Origin: an uncultured delta proteobacterium
Lineage (GTDB): Bacteria > Desulfobacterota > Binatia > UBA9968
Assembly: GCA_963745035.1 (NCBI GenBank)
Contig: CAVUVW010000027.1
Coordinates: 128,001 to 192,000 of the forward strand
Direction: 5' to 3'
Length of the DNA stretch: 64,000 nt
Positions 21,271 to 32,737 of the stretch are shown here, piece by piece. Positions within the stretch are counted from its first letter, which is position 1. Each line of letters begins with the position of its first letter. The translations under genes and the position numbers were made by a program. The notes under the pieces were generated by a model that made no database searches, was not told where the DNA came from, and was given only the letters and a program-made list of their open reading frames with translations.

Positions 21271-22704
21271 ATGAAAAAAATCCTCGCGCGCAACCTGTTT
21301 GGCACAGACGGCGTGCGCGGCGTCGCCAACCAAGAGCCGATGACTTCTGAAATGGCGCTGAAGCTCGGCCGCGCCATCGCAAAAGTTCTGCCTGACACGA
21401 AAAACCCGGACTCGACGGGCCGGACGGCGAACTCGACGTTCGGGCGCAAGAACAACGAGAACGGCAAACACCGCTACAAGATTTTGATCGGCAAGGACAC
21501 ACGGCTGTCGGGCTACATGCTGGAGACCGCGCTGGCGTCCGGCATCGTATCGATGGGCGCGGACGTGTTGCTGGTCGGTCCGCTACCGACTCCCGGCGTG
21601 GCGTTTTTGACGCGCAGCATGCGCGCGGACGCCGGTGTGGTCATTTCCGCCTCGCACAATCCGTATCAGGACAACGGCATCAAATTTTTTTCCTCCGACG
21701 GCTTCAAGCTGCCCGATGAAGTCGAGGCGCGCATGGAGGAGATGATCTTCAGCGGCGCGACCGATGAGTCGCGGCCGACCGCTTCCGAGATCGGTAAAGC
21801 CTTCCGCATTTCCGACGCCGTGGGCAGGTACAATGTTTTTTTGAAAAACTGCTTCCCGCGCCATTTGACCTTGGAAGGGTTGAAAATCGTCGTCGACTGC
21901 GGCCACGGCGCGGCCTACCGAGTAGTGCCCGAAGTGTTGTCGGAGTTGGGGGCCGAAGTGATGCCGATCGGCGTGCAGCCGGACGGCGAGAATATCAACC
22001 GGCGCTGCGGCGCGCTCCATCCGGAGACCGCCCGTGAGGTGCTGCTGCACGAGGGCGCGGACTTCGCGGTGGCGCTGGACGGCGACGCCGATCGCGCGGT
22101 GTTTATCGATGACACCGGCGAGATCCTCGACGGCGATCAGGTGCTCGCGATCAGCGCGCTGGACATGCAGCGCAAGGGAACCCTCAAAGGTCCGGGCCTG
22201 GTCGCCACGGTAATGAGCAATTTGGGACTGGAGTTGGCCATGCGCAAGGCCGGTCTGGAGGTTGCGCGCACCCAGGTCGGCGACCGCTACGTGGTCGAGA
22301 AGATGCTCGCCGACAGCTACAATCTCGGCGGCGAGCAGTCAGGGCACATCCTGTTCTTGGATCACAACACGACCGGCGACGGGGCGATTACCTGCTTGCA
22401 GATGCTCAGTTTGATGGTCGAGCAGCGCAAGCGAATGAGCGAGCTCAAAACCGTCATGACGCGCCTGCCGCAGGTGCTGCTCAACGTCATCGTCAAAGAG
22501 AAGCGCGATTTCTCCGAGATGCCGAAAGTGGCGCAAAAAATGTCCGAGGTGGAACGCGCGCTGGGCGGGCGCGGTCGCCTGCTCGTGCGCTACTCGGGCA
22601 CCGAGCTGCTCGCGCGCATCATGCTGGAAGGCGAGGAGGAAAAAAAGATCCGTGCCATGGCGGAGGACATTGCCGCGGAAATCCGCCGGGAGATCGGCAA
22701 GTAA
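21271..22704 (+). CDS. glmM: Phosphoglucosamine mutase
   Basis: [34 protein letters not shown]; start could be 21256. Confidence 0.95.
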   Translation: MKKILARNLFGTDGVRGVANQEPMTSEMALKLGRAIAKVLPDTKNPDSTGRTANSTFGRKNNENGKHRYKILIGKDTRLSGYMLETALASGIVSMGADVLLVGPLPTPGVAFLTRSMRADAGVVISASHNPYQDNGIKFFSSDGFKLPDEVEARMEEMIFSGATDESRPTASEIGKAFRISDAVGRYNVFLKNCFPRHLTLEGLKIVVDCGHGAAYRVVPEVLSELGAEVMPIGVQPDGENINRRCGALHPETAREVLLHEGADFAVALDGDADRAVFIDDTGEILDGDQVLAISALDMQRKGTLKGPGLVATVMSNLGLELAMRKAGLEVARTQVGDRYVVEKMLADSYNLGGEQSGHILFLDHNTTGDGAITCLQMLSLMVEQRKRMSELKTVMTRLPQVLLNVIVKEKRDFSEMPKVAQKMSEVERALGGRGRLLVRYSGTELLARIMLEGEEEKKIRAMAEDIAAEIRREIGK

Positions 22705-22711
22705 GAGTAAG

Positions 22712-23434
22712 ATGATCCGTTTGGGCGTCAATATCGATCATGTCGCGACGCTGCGCCAGGCGCGCCGCGCCGCGGCGCCCGATCCGCTTGAAGCCGCGCT
22801 CTTGGCGGAGCGGGCCGGCGCCGACGGCATCACCGTGCACCTGCGCGAGGACCGCCGGCATATTCAAGAGCGCGACGTCGAGTGGCTGCGCGAACGGATC
22901 GCCACCAAGCTCAATTTGGAAATGGCCGTGACGCCGGCGATGGTCGCCTACGCGGAGGAGCTTCGTCCGGACGACGCCTGCTTTGTGCCGGAGAAGCGCG
23001 AGGAGCTCACGACCGAGGGCGGCCTCGACGTGGCCGGGCGGCGCGCGCAGGTCAAAGACGCGGTGACGCGTTTGCAAGAGCGCGGCATGCGCGTAAGCCT
23101 GTTCATCGATCCCGACAAGGCGCAGATCGAGGCGGCGCGCGAAAGCGGCGCTCACGGCATCGAAATTCACACCGGCGGCTACTGCAACGCCGCGGGCGCG
23201 GCGCGCGAAACCGAGCGCCGCGCCATCGCCGAAGCGGCCTCTCTGGCGCAAAGCCTGGGGCTTGAAGTCCACGGCGGGCACGGTCTCGATTATGAAAACG
23301 TCCTGCCGATCGCGGCGATCGCCGAGATCGTCGAGCTCAACATCGGCCACAGCATCGTCGCGCGCGCCGTCATGGTCGGTATCGAGCAGGCGGTGCGGGA
23401 GATGAAGGAGCTGCTGGTAAAGGCAGGAAGTTAA
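22712..23434 (+). CDS. pdxJ: Pyridoxine 5'-phosphate synthase
   Basis: [30 protein letters not shown]. Confidence 0.96.
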   Translation: MIRLGVNIDHVATLRQARRAAAPDPLEAALLAERAGADGITVHLREDRRHIQERDVEWLRERIATKLNLEMAVTPAMVAYAEELRPDDACFVPEKREELTTEGGLDVAGRRAQVKDAVTRLQERGMRVSLFIDPDKAQIEAARESGAHGIEIHTGGYCNAAGAARETERRAIAEAASLAQSLGLEVHGGHGLDYENVLPIAAIAEIVELNIGHSIVARAVMVGIEQAVREMKELLVKAGS

Positions 23435-23436
23435 GA

Positions 23437-23572
23437 GTTCAAATCGTTCAATCGCTCGCTATGCTCGCTCCGTTCAACCGCTGCGCTTCGTTCAAACCGT
23501 CGAACCCCCTCCTTGATCCTCCCCGCGTCGGAGGAAAGAGGTGGAGGCCTGAACGGTTTGAACTGCTTGAAC
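23437..23572. repeat. Composite element: GTTCAAnnn repeats, central CCTCC/GGAGG hairpin, inverted TTGAAC repeats
   Basis: GTTCAAATC GTTCAATCG...GTTCAACCG...GTTCAAACC GTCGAAC; cccctcc..cctcccc..ggagg..ggagg; GAAC ggttTGAAC tgctTGAAC. Confidence 0.75.
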
Positions 23573-23573
23573 C

Positions 23574-25139
23574 ATGATCGTTGTCACCGCCGCGCAGATG
23601 CGCGAAATGGATCGGCTGACCATCGAAAAGTACGGCGTGCCGAGTTTGACCCTCATGGAGCGCGCCGGCGCGGCGGCGGCGCAGGCGATCGTCGAGCGCT
23701 TTGCGCGCGCCGCCAAGAAAGGCGTGCTGGTCGTCGCCGGCAAAGGCAATAACGGCGGCGACGGCTTGGTGGTTGCCCGCCTGCTGAGAAAAAAGCGCAT
23801 TCCTTGCGAGGTCGCCCTTCTGGCGCGGCGCGACGAGCTTTCGCCGGACGCAGCGCGTAACCTGCGCGCCTTCGTGAAGCTCAAAGGCAAAGTTACGGAA
23901 ATCACATCCGCCGGTCTGGATCTTTTGAGCGGGCGCGTCAGCAAAAACGCGCTGATCGTCGATGCGATCCTCGGCACGGGCATTAAGAACGAAGTTCGCG
24001 GTTTTCTCGCCGATGCGATCACGCTGCTCAATGGGGCCGGCTTGCCGATCGTCGCAATCGATATTCCCTCCGGGCTCGACACCGACAAAGGCTTGCCGCT
24101 CGGCGCCGCCGTGCGCGCCAAGGTGACCGTGGCGCTGGCGTTTCCGAAGCTCGGTGAAGTGATTTATCCGGGCATCTCCTACGCCGGCGAGTTGGTCGTC
24201 GGCGACATCGGCATCGATGAACGCGCCGTCGAAGAAGTCGCGCCGCGCACCGAGCTTTTGGATGAAACCGTTGGCCGGCTAGTCCCGCGGCGCGAGCCCG
24301 ACACCCATAAGGGCACTTACGGCCATCTCCTTGTCCTCGCCGGCTCGCGCGGCAAGACCGGTGCGGCGATTCTTTCCTGCCGCGCCGCCATGCGCTGCGG
24401 CGCCGGGTTGGTTACGCTGGCCGGGCCCCGTTCGCTCAACCAAATTTTTGCCGGCGCCCTCGTCGAGGTGATGACCGAGCCGCTGCGCGACAACGGCGCA
24501 GGGGAACTCGAGTCTTTGACCGACGACGATTGGCGCCGCATTCTGGAGCGAAAAGACGCCGTGCTTTTTGGCCCGGGCGTCGGCGTGGGCGCGGCCACGC
24601 AAAATAATCTGCGCTGGCTTCTCAGAAATCTGGCGCTGCCCTGGGTGATCGACGCCGACGGACTCAACAATCTCGCGCTGGAGCTCGACCGTTTACGCCA
24701 CGCCAAGGTTCCGCCAGTGCTGACGCCCCATCCCGGCGAGATGGCCCGTTTGATCAAAAAGAGCACCGCCGAGGTCAACGCCGATCGCGTGGAACTCGCC
24801 CGCTCTTTTGCCGTGGAACACCGCTGTCACCTAGTCCTCAAGGGCGCGCGCACCGTGATCGCGACCGCCGACGGGAGAGTTGCGATCAATCCGACCGGCA
24901 ATCCCGGCATGGCGAGCGCCGGCATGGGCGATGTGCTCGCCGGCATGCTCGCGGCGCTGCTCGGTCAAGGACTCGCCGCGGAAGATGCCATGAAGCTTGG
25001 CGTTTATCTGCATGGCCTGGTCGGCGATCGCGTTGCGCAAGCTCAAGGCGAGGTCGGCATGATCGCTTCGGATGTCATCGCCGGACTGCCCGCGGGTCTG
25101 CGCGAGCTTTCGCTCTCACCCCGGCCGCCCTCGCGCTGA
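23574..25139 (+). CDS. nnr: Bifunctional NAD(P)H-hydrate epimerase/dehydratase
   Basis: LMERAG, GKGNNGGDG, DIPSG, HKGTYG, DADG, TPHPGE, GMGDVL. Confidence 0.93.
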   Translation: MIVVTAAQMREMDRLTIEKYGVPSLTLMERAGAAAAQAIVERFARAAKKGVLVVAGKGNNGGDGLVVARLLRKKRIPCEVALLARRDELSPDAARNLRAFVKLKGKVTEITSAGLDLLSGRVSKNALIVDAILGTGIKNEVRGFLADAITLLNGAGLPIVAIDIPSGLDTDKGLPLGAAVRAKVTVALAFPKLGEVIYPGISYAGELVVGDIGIDERAVEEVAPRTELLDETVGRLVPRREPDTHKGTYGHLLVLAGSRGKTGAAILSCRAAMRCGAGLVTLAGPRSLNQIFAGALVEVMTEPLRDNGAGELESLTDDDWRRILERKDAVLFGPGVGVGAATQNNLRWLLRNLALPWVIDADGLNNLALELDRLRHAKVPPVLTPHPGEMARLIKKSTAEVNADRVELARSFAVEHRCHLVLKGARTVIATADGRVAINPTGNPGMASAGMGDVLAGMLAALLGQGLAAEDAMKLGVYLHGLVGDRVAQAQGEVGMIASDVIAGLPAGLRELSLSPRPPSR

Positions 25140-25248
25140 ACGGCTCCATCGGCCGGCATTCTCGCCGCGCTTGTCGCTTTGCCCGCGGGCGGTCCCTCAG
25201 TCTCGAATTCTTCATAGGAATATACTAGTTATACTGGGGAGTCTGACG

Positions 25249-25728
25249 ATGGGGTCGTGGTCGGTTATTTCCCGTTCTGCCCGCCAGACGATGAGTTGGG
25301 GGCGCAAGCTGGGAAAGCTGGTGCAAGGCGGTGAAATCATTGGACTCGTCGGCGAGCTGGGGACCGGCAAGACTTCCTTCGTGCGCGGCTTCGCCGCCGG
25401 CGCGGGGGTCGGCAAGGATGTCTGGGTGCGCAGCCCCACGTTCACTCTGATCAACGAGTATCAGGGGCGCTTGCCGGTTTATCACATCGATCTCTATCGC
25501 ATCGGCAAATCGGCGGAAGTGGACGCGCTCAATTTGCGCGAGTATCTCTACTCGGACGGCGCGAGCCTGATCGAGTGGTTCGATTATCTGCCGGCGGCAG
25601 AGGCCGATGAGTTTCTCGAGATCCGCATGACCCACGCCGGCCCGACAACGCGCGAGCTGGCGTTCGCCGCGCGCGGCGAACGCCATGAAAAGTTGCTCGA
25701 GAAGCTGCGCGACGGTGTGAACAGTTGA
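25249..25728 (+). CDS. tsaE: t6A biosynthesis ATPase
   Basis: GELGTGKT, SPTFTLINEY, HIDLYR, IEW. Confidence 0.93.
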   Translation: MGSWSVISRSARQTMSWGRKLGKLVQGGEIIGLVGELGTGKTSFVRGFAAGAGVGKDVWVRSPTFTLINEYQGRLPVYHIDLYRIGKSAEVDALNLREYLYSDGASLIEWFDYLPAAEADEFLEIRMTHAGPTTRELAFAARGERHEKLLEKLRDGVNS

Positions 25729-25732
25729 ATGG

Positions 25733-25787
25733 AATTTTAGAATTTCCTGACGGCAATCTAGAATCCAAAGTCGAAAATCTAAAATTG
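25733..25787. repeat. 7-nt AATCyAA repeats with an inverted left arm
   Basis: aattttagaattt ... AATCTAG AATCCAA AGTCGAA AATCTAA AATT. Confidence 0.6.
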
Positions 25788-25805
25788 GATTTCGTGGAGC
25801 GGTGA

Positions 25806-27029
25806 GTGGCTTTACTGGTGCAAAAATACGGCGGCACGTCCGTCGCTTCGATCGACAAGATCAAGCGCGTGGCGGCGAAGATCGCCGCGGCGAAGCGCGC
25901 CGGACATGATTTGGTGGTCGTGGTTTCGGCGATGGCCGGGGAAACCAATCGCTTGATCGCGCTCGCCCACGAGCTTTCCGAAATTCCCAACGAGCGCGAA
26001 AGGGACGTGCTGCTCGCCTCGGGAGAACAGGTTTCGGTCGCGCTCTTGACCCTGGCGCTCCACGAGGCGGGCCAGCCGGCGCGCTCTTTTCTCGGCCATC
26101 AGGTGCGCATCGCGACCGACAACGCCTACGGCAAAGCGCGCATCCTGAGCATCGATTCGACCAAGATCTTGCATGCGTTGAAAGCGGACGAAGTGGTGGT
26201 CGTCGCCGGTTTTCAGGGCGTGGACGACGACGACAACATCACCACTCTCGGCCGCGGCGGCTCGGACACGAGCGCGGTGGCGCTGGCGGCTTTTTTGAAT
26301 GCAAAGGCGTGCGAGATCTACACCGACGTGGAGGGCGTGTACACGACGGATCCCGGCATTTGTCCAGACGCGCGCAAGCTGGCGCGCATCGCCTACGACG
26401 AGATGATCGAGCTGGCGAGCACCGGCGCCAAGGTGCTGGAGATCCGCTCGGTGGAGTTTGCCAAGAAATTCTCCGTGCCGGTGCACGTCCGCTCGACCTT
26501 CAGCGAAGTCGAGGGAACGTGGCTGGTCAACGAGGAGGAGAGCATGAACGATGTGTTGGTGTCAGGCGTGGCTTACGACAGAAACGAAGCCAAGATTACA
26601 CTGCTCCGGGTGCCCGATCGGCCGGGGCTGGCGGCGCAGATTTTCGGCCCCATCGCCGCGGCGCACATCGTCGTCGACATGATTATCCAGAACGTCAGCG
26701 AAGACGGCACCACCGATTTGACTTTCACCGTGCCCAAGGCCGATCATAAAAAAGCGCTGGGCATCGTCGAGCGAACCGCCGCGTTGGTCAACGCCAAAGG
26801 AGTCAGAGTCGACACCGACATGGCGAAGATTTCCGTGGTCGGCGTCGGCATGCGCACCCACGCCGGCGTGGCGGCGAAGATGTTTGAGGTGCTCGCCCGC
26901 GAGGGAATCAACATCGAGATGATTTCCACTTCGGAAATTAAGATTTCCGTGGTCATCGAAGCGAAGTACACCGAGCTTGCCGTGCGGGTGCTGCACGAGG
27001 CGTTTATCGGCAACCAGGGGACGGTATGA
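25806..27029 (+). CDS. lysC: Aspartate kinase
   Basis: [18 protein letters not shown], two ACT domains. Confidence 0.95.
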   Translation: MALLVQKYGGTSVASIDKIKRVAAKIAAAKRAGHDLVVVVSAMAGETNRLIALAHELSEIPNERERDVLLASGEQVSVALLTLALHEAGQPARSFLGHQVRIATDNAYGKARILSIDSTKILHALKADEVVVVAGFQGVDDDDNITTLGRGGSDTSAVALAAFLNAKACEIYTDVEGVYTTDPGICPDARKLARIAYDEMIELASTGAKVLEIRSVEFAKKFSVPVHVRSTFSEVEGTWLVNEEESMNDVLVSGVAYDRNEAKITLLRVPDRPGLAAQIFGPIAAAHIVVDMIIQNVSEDGTTDLTFTVPKADHKKALGIVERTAALVNAKGVRVDTDMAKISVVGVGMRTHAGVAAKMFEVLAREGINIEMISTSEIKISVVIEAKYTELAVRVLHEAFIGNQGTV

Positions 27030-28603
27030 AGGACGTTTTGCTCTACGACACGACACTGCGCGACGGCTGCCAGGCGGAGGATGTTTCTTTTACGCTCGAA
27101 GACAAACTGCGCATCGCGGAAAAACTCGATGAAATGGGCATCGACTACATCGAAGGCGGCTATCCGGGCTCCAACCCGCGCGACGCGGATTTCTTCCAAC
27201 GCGTAAAGAAGCGCAAGCTGAAAAACGCCAAGGTGGCGGCATTCGGCACGACCAGAAAATTCGGCGCCAAGCCGTCCCAGGACATCAATCTTAAAGTTCT
27301 GCTCGGTGCCGAGACGCCGGTGGTGACTCTGGTCGGCAAAACCTGGGATCTCCACGTGCGCGACGATCTGCGCATCAGCCAAAAAGCCAATTTAGAGCTG
27401 ATCGCCGATTCCGTCGCGTTCATGAAAAAGCGCGTCGATGAAGTGATGTTCGACGCCGAGCATTTTTTCGACGGCTTTCGCGCCAATCCGGAGTATGCGC
27501 TGGAATGCCTCAAGGCGGCGCAGGACGGCGGTGCGGACTGGATCGTGCTGTGCGAGACCAACGGCGGGCGACTGCCGGGCGAGGTCCGCGACGCGCTTAA
27601 CCACGTCAACCAGGTGATCAAGACGCCGCTCGGCATTCACTGCCACAACGACGGCGAGCTGGCGGTGGCCAACACGCTCGCGGGCGTGGAGATGGGGGCC
27701 ACACAGGTGCAGGGAACGATCAACGGCTTCGGCGAGCGCTGCGGCAACGTGAATTTGATCTCGGTGATCGCCAACCTGCAGCTCAAGATGGGCAAGAAGT
27801 GCGTGGCGCCGGCACAGCTCAAAAAACTGCGCGACGTGTCGCAGCTTTTCTACGAGCTCGCGAATATCCAGCCGAACAAGCGCCAGGCCTACGTCGGCGA
27901 CAGCGCGTTTGCGCACAAGGGCGGGCTGCACGTGTCCGGCGTGCTCAAAAATCGCGAGACCTACGAGCATATCGATCCCGAGCTGGTCGGCAATCGCCAG
28001 CGCGTCCTGGTTTCGGATCTCTCGGGGCGCAGCAACGTCGTCTACAAAGGCAAAGAGTACGGCATCGACATGAACGACCAGAACGAGGCCGTGCGCGACA
28101 TCCTAAAACGGACCAAGGAGCTCGAAGGCCAGGGCTATGAATTCCAAGCCGCGGAGGCGTCCTTCGAGCTGCTGATTCAGGAAGCGCTCGGCAAGAAGCG
28201 CAAGAATTTCAATCTCATCGGGTTTCGAGTCATCGACGAAAAGCGTAATGAAGGCGAGGGCGCGATTTCCGAAGCGACCATCATGGTCCAAGTCGACGGC
28301 GAAATGGAGCATGCGGCGGCGATGGGCAACGGCCCGGTGAACGCCCTCGACCAGGCGCTGCGCCGCGCCCTGACCAAGTTTTACCCGTCGCTCAAGCAGG
28401 TGGAGCTGCTCGATTATAAAGTACGCGTGCTCTCGTCCGGCGAAGGCACCGCCGCGATGGTGCGCGTGTTGATCGAATCGGGCGACGGAAAAGACAAGTG
28501 GGGCACTGTCGGCGTATCGCACAACGTCATCGAAGCAAGCTGGCTGGCGCTGGCGGACAGCATCGATTACAAGCTGTATAAGGATTCGCGGCGCCGGAAC
28601 TGA
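27026..28603 (+). CDS. cimA: Citramalate synthase
   Basis: [40 protein letters not shown]. Confidence 0.9.
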   Translation: MKDVLLYDTTLRDGCQAEDVSFTLEDKLRIAEKLDEMGIDYIEGGYPGSNPRDADFFQRVKKRKLKNAKVAAFGTTRKFGAKPSQDINLKVLLGAETPVVTLVGKTWDLHVRDDLRISQKANLELIADSVAFMKKRVDEVMFDAEHFFDGFRANPEYALECLKAAQDGGADWIVLCETNGGRLPGEVRDALNHVNQVIKTPLGIHCHNDGELAVANTLAGVEMGATQVQGTINGFGERCGNVNLISVIANLQLKMGKKCVAPAQLKKLRDVSQLFYELANIQPNKRQAYVGDSAFAHKGGLHVSGVLKNRETYEHIDPELVGNRQRVLVSDLSGRSNVVYKGKEYGIDMNDQNEAVRDILKRTKELEGQGYEFQAAEASFELLIQEALGKKRKNFNLIGFRVIDEKRNEGEGAISEATIMVQVDGEMEHAAAMGNGPVNALDQALRRALTKFYPSLKQVELLDYKVRVLSSGEGTAAMVRVLIESGDGKDKWGTVGVSHNVIEASWLALADSIDYKLYKDSRRRN

Positions 28604-28607
28604 TAGG

Positions 28608-28687
28608 AGGCAATAGGCATTAGGCAACAGGCAATAGTTCGGAAAGGATCTTTGTGACTATTGCCTAGTGACTGTTGTCTAGTGCCT
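28608..28687. repeat. 7-nt AGGCAAT x4 facing an inverted CTATTGC-type x4 array
   Basis: AGGCAAT AGGCATT AGGCAAC AGGCAAT AG ... CTATTGC CTAGTGA CTGTTGT CTAGTGC CT. Confidence 0.75.
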
Positions 28688-28694
28688 GATTTGC

Positions 28695-29429
28695 ATGTGG
28701 CAAACGCTTAAAGAAGATATTCAGGCGGTCTTCGAGCGCGATCCGGCGGCGCGCTCGACGTGGGAGGTGGCGATTGCGTATCCGGGTTTTCACGCGATCC
28801 TGGTTCACCGTCTGGCGCACTGGCTGTGGCAGCGCCAGTTTGTGACGACGGCCCGATTCGTCAGCCATCTCGGCCGGTTTCTCACGGGCATCGAGATTCA
28901 TCCCGGAGCGAAGATCGGCAGGCGCTGCTTCATCGATCACGGCATGGGCGTGGTGATCGGCGAGACCGCCGAGATCGGCGACGATGTGACGATTTATCAG
29001 GGAGTGACCCTCGGCGGCACTTCGACGGCGCCCGTCAAGCGCCACCCTACGATCGAAGATTCGGTGACGATCTTCAGCGGCGCGGCGGTGCTCGGTCCGG
29101 TGACGGTCGGCCGGCACAGCCGGATCGGCGCCGGATCGGTGCTGGTGAGCTCGGTGCCGCAGCATTCAACGGTCGTCGGCATCCCAGGGCGCGTGGTGCA
29201 GCTCGAAGCGCGCCATACGCCTGCCGGCAAAGCGATCATCGACCTCAACTCCGCCGATCTGCCCGATCCCATTGCCCGGGCCTTCGGCGCGCTCGCCGAT
29301 TATGTCGAGAAGCTCGAAAAAAAGGTCGACGAGCTGACCACGCGCCAAGGCGGCTTGGAAGAGAAGACCGCCGAAGAAAGCGAAGTGTTGAACAAAGTAA
29401 AAGAGCTGCTCAAGAATACGGGAAGCTAG
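28695..29429 (+). CDS. cysE: Serine O-acetyltransferase
   Basis: [32 protein letters not shown]. Confidence 0.95.
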   Translation: MWQTLKEDIQAVFERDPAARSTWEVAIAYPGFHAILVHRLAHWLWQRQFVTTARFVSHLGRFLTGIEIHPGAKIGRRCFIDHGMGVVIGETAEIGDDVTIYQGVTLGGTSTAPVKRHPTIEDSVTIFSGAAVLGPVTVGRHSRIGAGSVLVSSVPQHSTVVGIPGRVVQLEARHTPAGKAIIDLNSADLPDPIARAFGALADYVEKLEKKVDELTTRQGGLEEKTAEESEVLNKVKELLKNTGS

Positions 29430-29443
29430 AAGAAATAGAACAC

Positions 29444-29479
29444 GTTCAAAGCGATCAAGCCGTTCAAAACGTTCAAGTC
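29444..29479. repeat. 9-nt GTTCAAnnn tandem repeat element (copy 3)
   Basis: GTTCAAAGC GATCAAGCC GTTCAAAAC GTTCAAGTC. Confidence 0.75.
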
Positions 29480-29492
29480 GTCTAGAAGAACA

Positions 29493-30555
29493 ATGAAGGC
29501 GCAGAGGAAGAAGATCGTCGTCGCCATGAGCGGCGGCGTCGACAGCTCGGTGGCGGCGGCGCTGCTGCGTGGAGCAGGGCTATGACGTTCAGGGCGTGTC
29601 CTTGCGCATGTGGGAAGAGAACCATGGGCCGCGGGTGTGCTCGGATCATCGCGGCGCCGCGGAAGTCGCGGCTCAACTTGGCATCTCGCACGCGCTGCTC
29701 GATCTGCGCGCGCAATTTGCCCAGACCGTGGTGCAGCCCTTCGCAGGCGATTATCTGCGCGGCCGCACGCCCAATCCTTGCGTCGCATGCAATCGCGACT
29801 TCAAGCTCGGAACATTGCTCGCGTGGGCGCGCGAGCACGGGGCGGAATTTGTTGCCACCGGGCACTACGCGCGAATCGAGCGCGATGAGTCCTCCGGCGC
29901 GGCGGCGCTCTTCCGGGGCGCCGATCGCGGCAAAGACCAGTCTTATTTCCTCTTCGCCTTGTCGCCCGAGCAGCTTGTCCGCACGCTGTTTCCGCTGGGC
30001 GAGATGCGCAAAGCGGATGTACGCGACCAGGCGCGAAGGCTGGGCTTGCCCGCCGCCGAGCGGCCAGAGAGTCAGGATATCTGCTTCGGCGACTACAAGG
30101 CGCTGGTGGCGTCTTATGCCCGCGCAGGCGATCTCGGCGGCGACGTCGTCGATCGCGCCGGCAAACTGCTCGGGCGCCACTCCGGCATTCACGGCGTGAC
30201 GGTCGGTCAGAGGCGCGGCTTGGGGATATCCGGCGCCGAGCCGCTCTACGTCGTCGAGATCGAGGATGAAACCAAGCGCGTGGTCGTAGGCAAGAAAAGC
30301 GAATTGGCATCCACCGGGCTGATCGCGCGTTCGGTCAATTGGCTCGGGGCTCCGAGCGGGGGCGAATTGGCGGCGGAAGTGCAGATCCGTTACCGCGCCC
30401 CGGCGATTGCCTGCGTCATCCGCCGGATTGACGAGGATGCCTGCGAGGTTCGATTCGACGAGCCGGTTGCGGCGGTGACGCCGGGGCAGGCCGCGGTTTT
30501 CTATCGCGGCGAGCAGATTATCGGCGGGGGATGGATCGAGCGCGCGCTGCACTAG
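29493..30555 (+). CDS. mnmA: tRNA 2-thiouridylase, frameshift near 29568
   Basis: AMSGGVDSS in the upstream frame; TPNPCVACN, ATGHY, KDQSYFL, ESQDICF, TPGQ. Confidence 0.93.
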
Positions 30556-30570
30556 CGCGGCGCGCGATGG

Positions 30571-30645
30571 CAAATCTCAAATTTCAAATCGCAGATTTGG
30601 AGGCTCGAAACATACTGTGAGATTTGGCATTTGCAATTTGAGATT
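30571..30645. repeat. 7-nt CAAATyn x4 facing an inverted nnATTTG array
   Basis: CAAATCT CAAATTT CAAATCG CAGATTT ... AGATTTG GCATTTG CAATTTG AGATT. Confidence 0.75.
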
Positions 30646-30662
30646 CTGAGCGAAGCGACGAT

Positions 30663-32013
30663 ATGCGAATCGCCATTACCACGCTCGGCTGCAAGATCAA
30701 TCAATACGATTCGGCGGTGATTCAGAGCCGCTTGGAAGAAAAGCATTCGTTCGTGCCGTTCGACGCCGAGGCGGATTGCTACCTGATCAACACCTGTACG
30801 GTGACCGATCGCGCCGACTGGGAGGCGCGCCAGCTCGTGCGCCGCGCCCGGCGCTTGAATCCCGCGGCCAAGGTGCTGGTGACCGGCTGCTACGCCCAGG
30901 TGAGTCGCGGAGGAAGTCGCCGCGGTTCCCGGAGTCGATTTCGTCGTCGGCCTCAACCGGCTCGACGATCTGCTGCGCTTCGTCGAAGCGCCCGGGCGAA
31001 GTGCGCCGGCGATCGCGGTGAGCGACGTGAAACGGGAGCGCGGCGTGGCCGTGCTCGGCACGCGCGCGTTGCCCGGCCACACGCGTGCTTTTCTGAAAAT
31101 CCAGGAAGGGTGCAACTACAGTTGCACGTACTGCATTATTCCAACAGCGCGCGGGCTCAGCCGCAGCGTGGCGCCGCGCGCGGTGCTGGAGCAGGTGCGA
31201 CAGCTCGCCGAAGGCGGGTACAAGGAGATCGTTCTCACCGGCATCCATCTCGGCGGCTACGGCCATGATTTACAGCCGAAGATCGATCTGACGGCGCTGG
31301 TGGAAATGATCGCGGCGAGCGGCTTGATCGCCCGGCTGCGCTTGAGCTCTCTCGATCCGCGCGAGGCGCCCGATCGGCTGCTCGACCTGATCGCGCGCTC
31401 CGACGTCGTCTGCCCGCACCTCCATATCTGCGCTCAGGCCGGCGACGACGAGATCCTCAAGGGCATGCGGCGCAACTACGGCACCGCCTTTTATCGCGAG
31501 CTGCTCGAGCGCGTGCGCGCGCGCTTGCCGGAGGCTGCGCTGGGCAGCGACGTGATCGTCGGGTTTCCCGGCGAGACCGATGCGCAGTTCGAGAGCTCGC
31601 TCGAATATTTCGCGTCCTTGCCGCTCACCTATTTTCACGTGTTTCCGTATTCCTCCCGGCGCGGCACCGTCGCGGCGGCACTCGCCGACCCGGTGCCGCC
31701 GCGCGTAAAAAAGGAGCGGGCGCGGCGCATGCGGGCGCTGGGCGCGCGCAAAAAAGACGAATTTTGCGAAAGTTTTATCGGCCGGCGCGTCGCGGTATTG
31801 GTCGAGGAGAAAGTCGAGAAGCGAAGCGGGCTGCGTCGTGGGTTCACCCAGAATTATTTGCCCGTCGCCGTCGAAGCGGCAGACGTCAATCGAGAAATCG
31901 GCGTCTATCTCGAGCGCTACAGCGGCGGCTGGTTGAGCGGCGCGATCGCGCCCGGTGAATCAAATGCCTTGCCGCCGGCGCGCCGTTCCTGGGACCGTGT
32001 TGAAAAACGATAA
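30663..32013 (+). CDS. mtaB: tRNA t6A37 methylthiotransferase, frameshift near 30905
   Basis: TLGCKINQYD, NTCTVT, GCYAQ, KIQEGCNYSCTYC, HVFPYS.R.GT. Confidence 0.92.
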
Positions 32014-32704
32014 CTTGAAACGCTTGCAGGACGAGCTGGGATATCATTTCAAAGATCCCGCCCTGCTCGTGCGCAGCCTCACCCACGTTTCCTACGAACG
32101 GCAAAAGAGCGACGGCCACAACGAAGTTCTCGAGTTTCTCGGCGACGCGGTGCTCTATCTCGTCGTCAGCGATCTTCTGATCCGCGGCAATCCGGACAAG
32201 CCGGAAGGCGTTCTGTCGAAGATGCGGGCGGCGCTGGTCAATGCTGCCGTGCTGGCGGACAAAGCGGCGGGCCTCCAGCTCGGCGCGCTGCTGCGCATCG
32301 GCAAGGGCGAAGAGCTGAGCGGCGGACGCGCCAAGGAGTCGATACTCGCCGGCGCGTTTGAAGCGCTGCTCGGCGGCGTTTATCGCGACGGCGGCTACGA
32401 GGCTGCCCATCGAGTGGTCGAGCGCTATTTCGGCACGGACGTAACGGCCAAGAAACTGGGCCAGCACGATTACAAGACGCGCCTTCAGGAAATCAGTCAG
32501 ATGCTTTTTCGCGCGCCGCCGGCCTATCGGGTGGTTGCGGAGAGCGGGCCGGATCACGATAAATTCTTCGTCAGCGAAATCTCCGTCGGCGGCAAAATTC
32601 TGGGCAAGGGCGAAGGCCGAAGCAAGAAGCAAGCTGAGCAACAAGCGGCCAAAAAGGCGCTGAAAGAACTGCAGAAGAGCGGCGCGCAAGACGCGCGCGA
32701 CTGA
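31997..32704 (+). CDS. rnc: Ribonuclease III
   Basis: NEVLEFLGDAVL, EALLGG, dsRBD DYKTRLQE...SKKQAEQQAA. Confidence 0.93.
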   Translation: MLKNDNLKRLQDELGYHFKDPALLVRSLTHVSYERQKSDGHNEVLEFLGDAVLYLVVSDLLIRGNPDKPEGVLSKMRAALVNAAVLADKAAGLQLGALLRIGKGEELSGGRAKESILAGAFEALLGGVYRDGGYEAAHRVVERYFGTDVTAKKLGQHDYKTRLQEISQMLFRAPPAYRVVAESGPDHDKFFVSEISVGGKILGKGEGRSKKQAEQQAAKKALKELQKSGAQDARD

Positions 32705-32737
32705 CTTCGATCGATCCTCCACGGGGTAAACTTCGAC

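Noticed and set aside
21390-21480. ~25-aa polar insertion in GlmM as an intein or mobile insert
   Set aside because: Too short and lacks splicing motifs; probably a surface loop.
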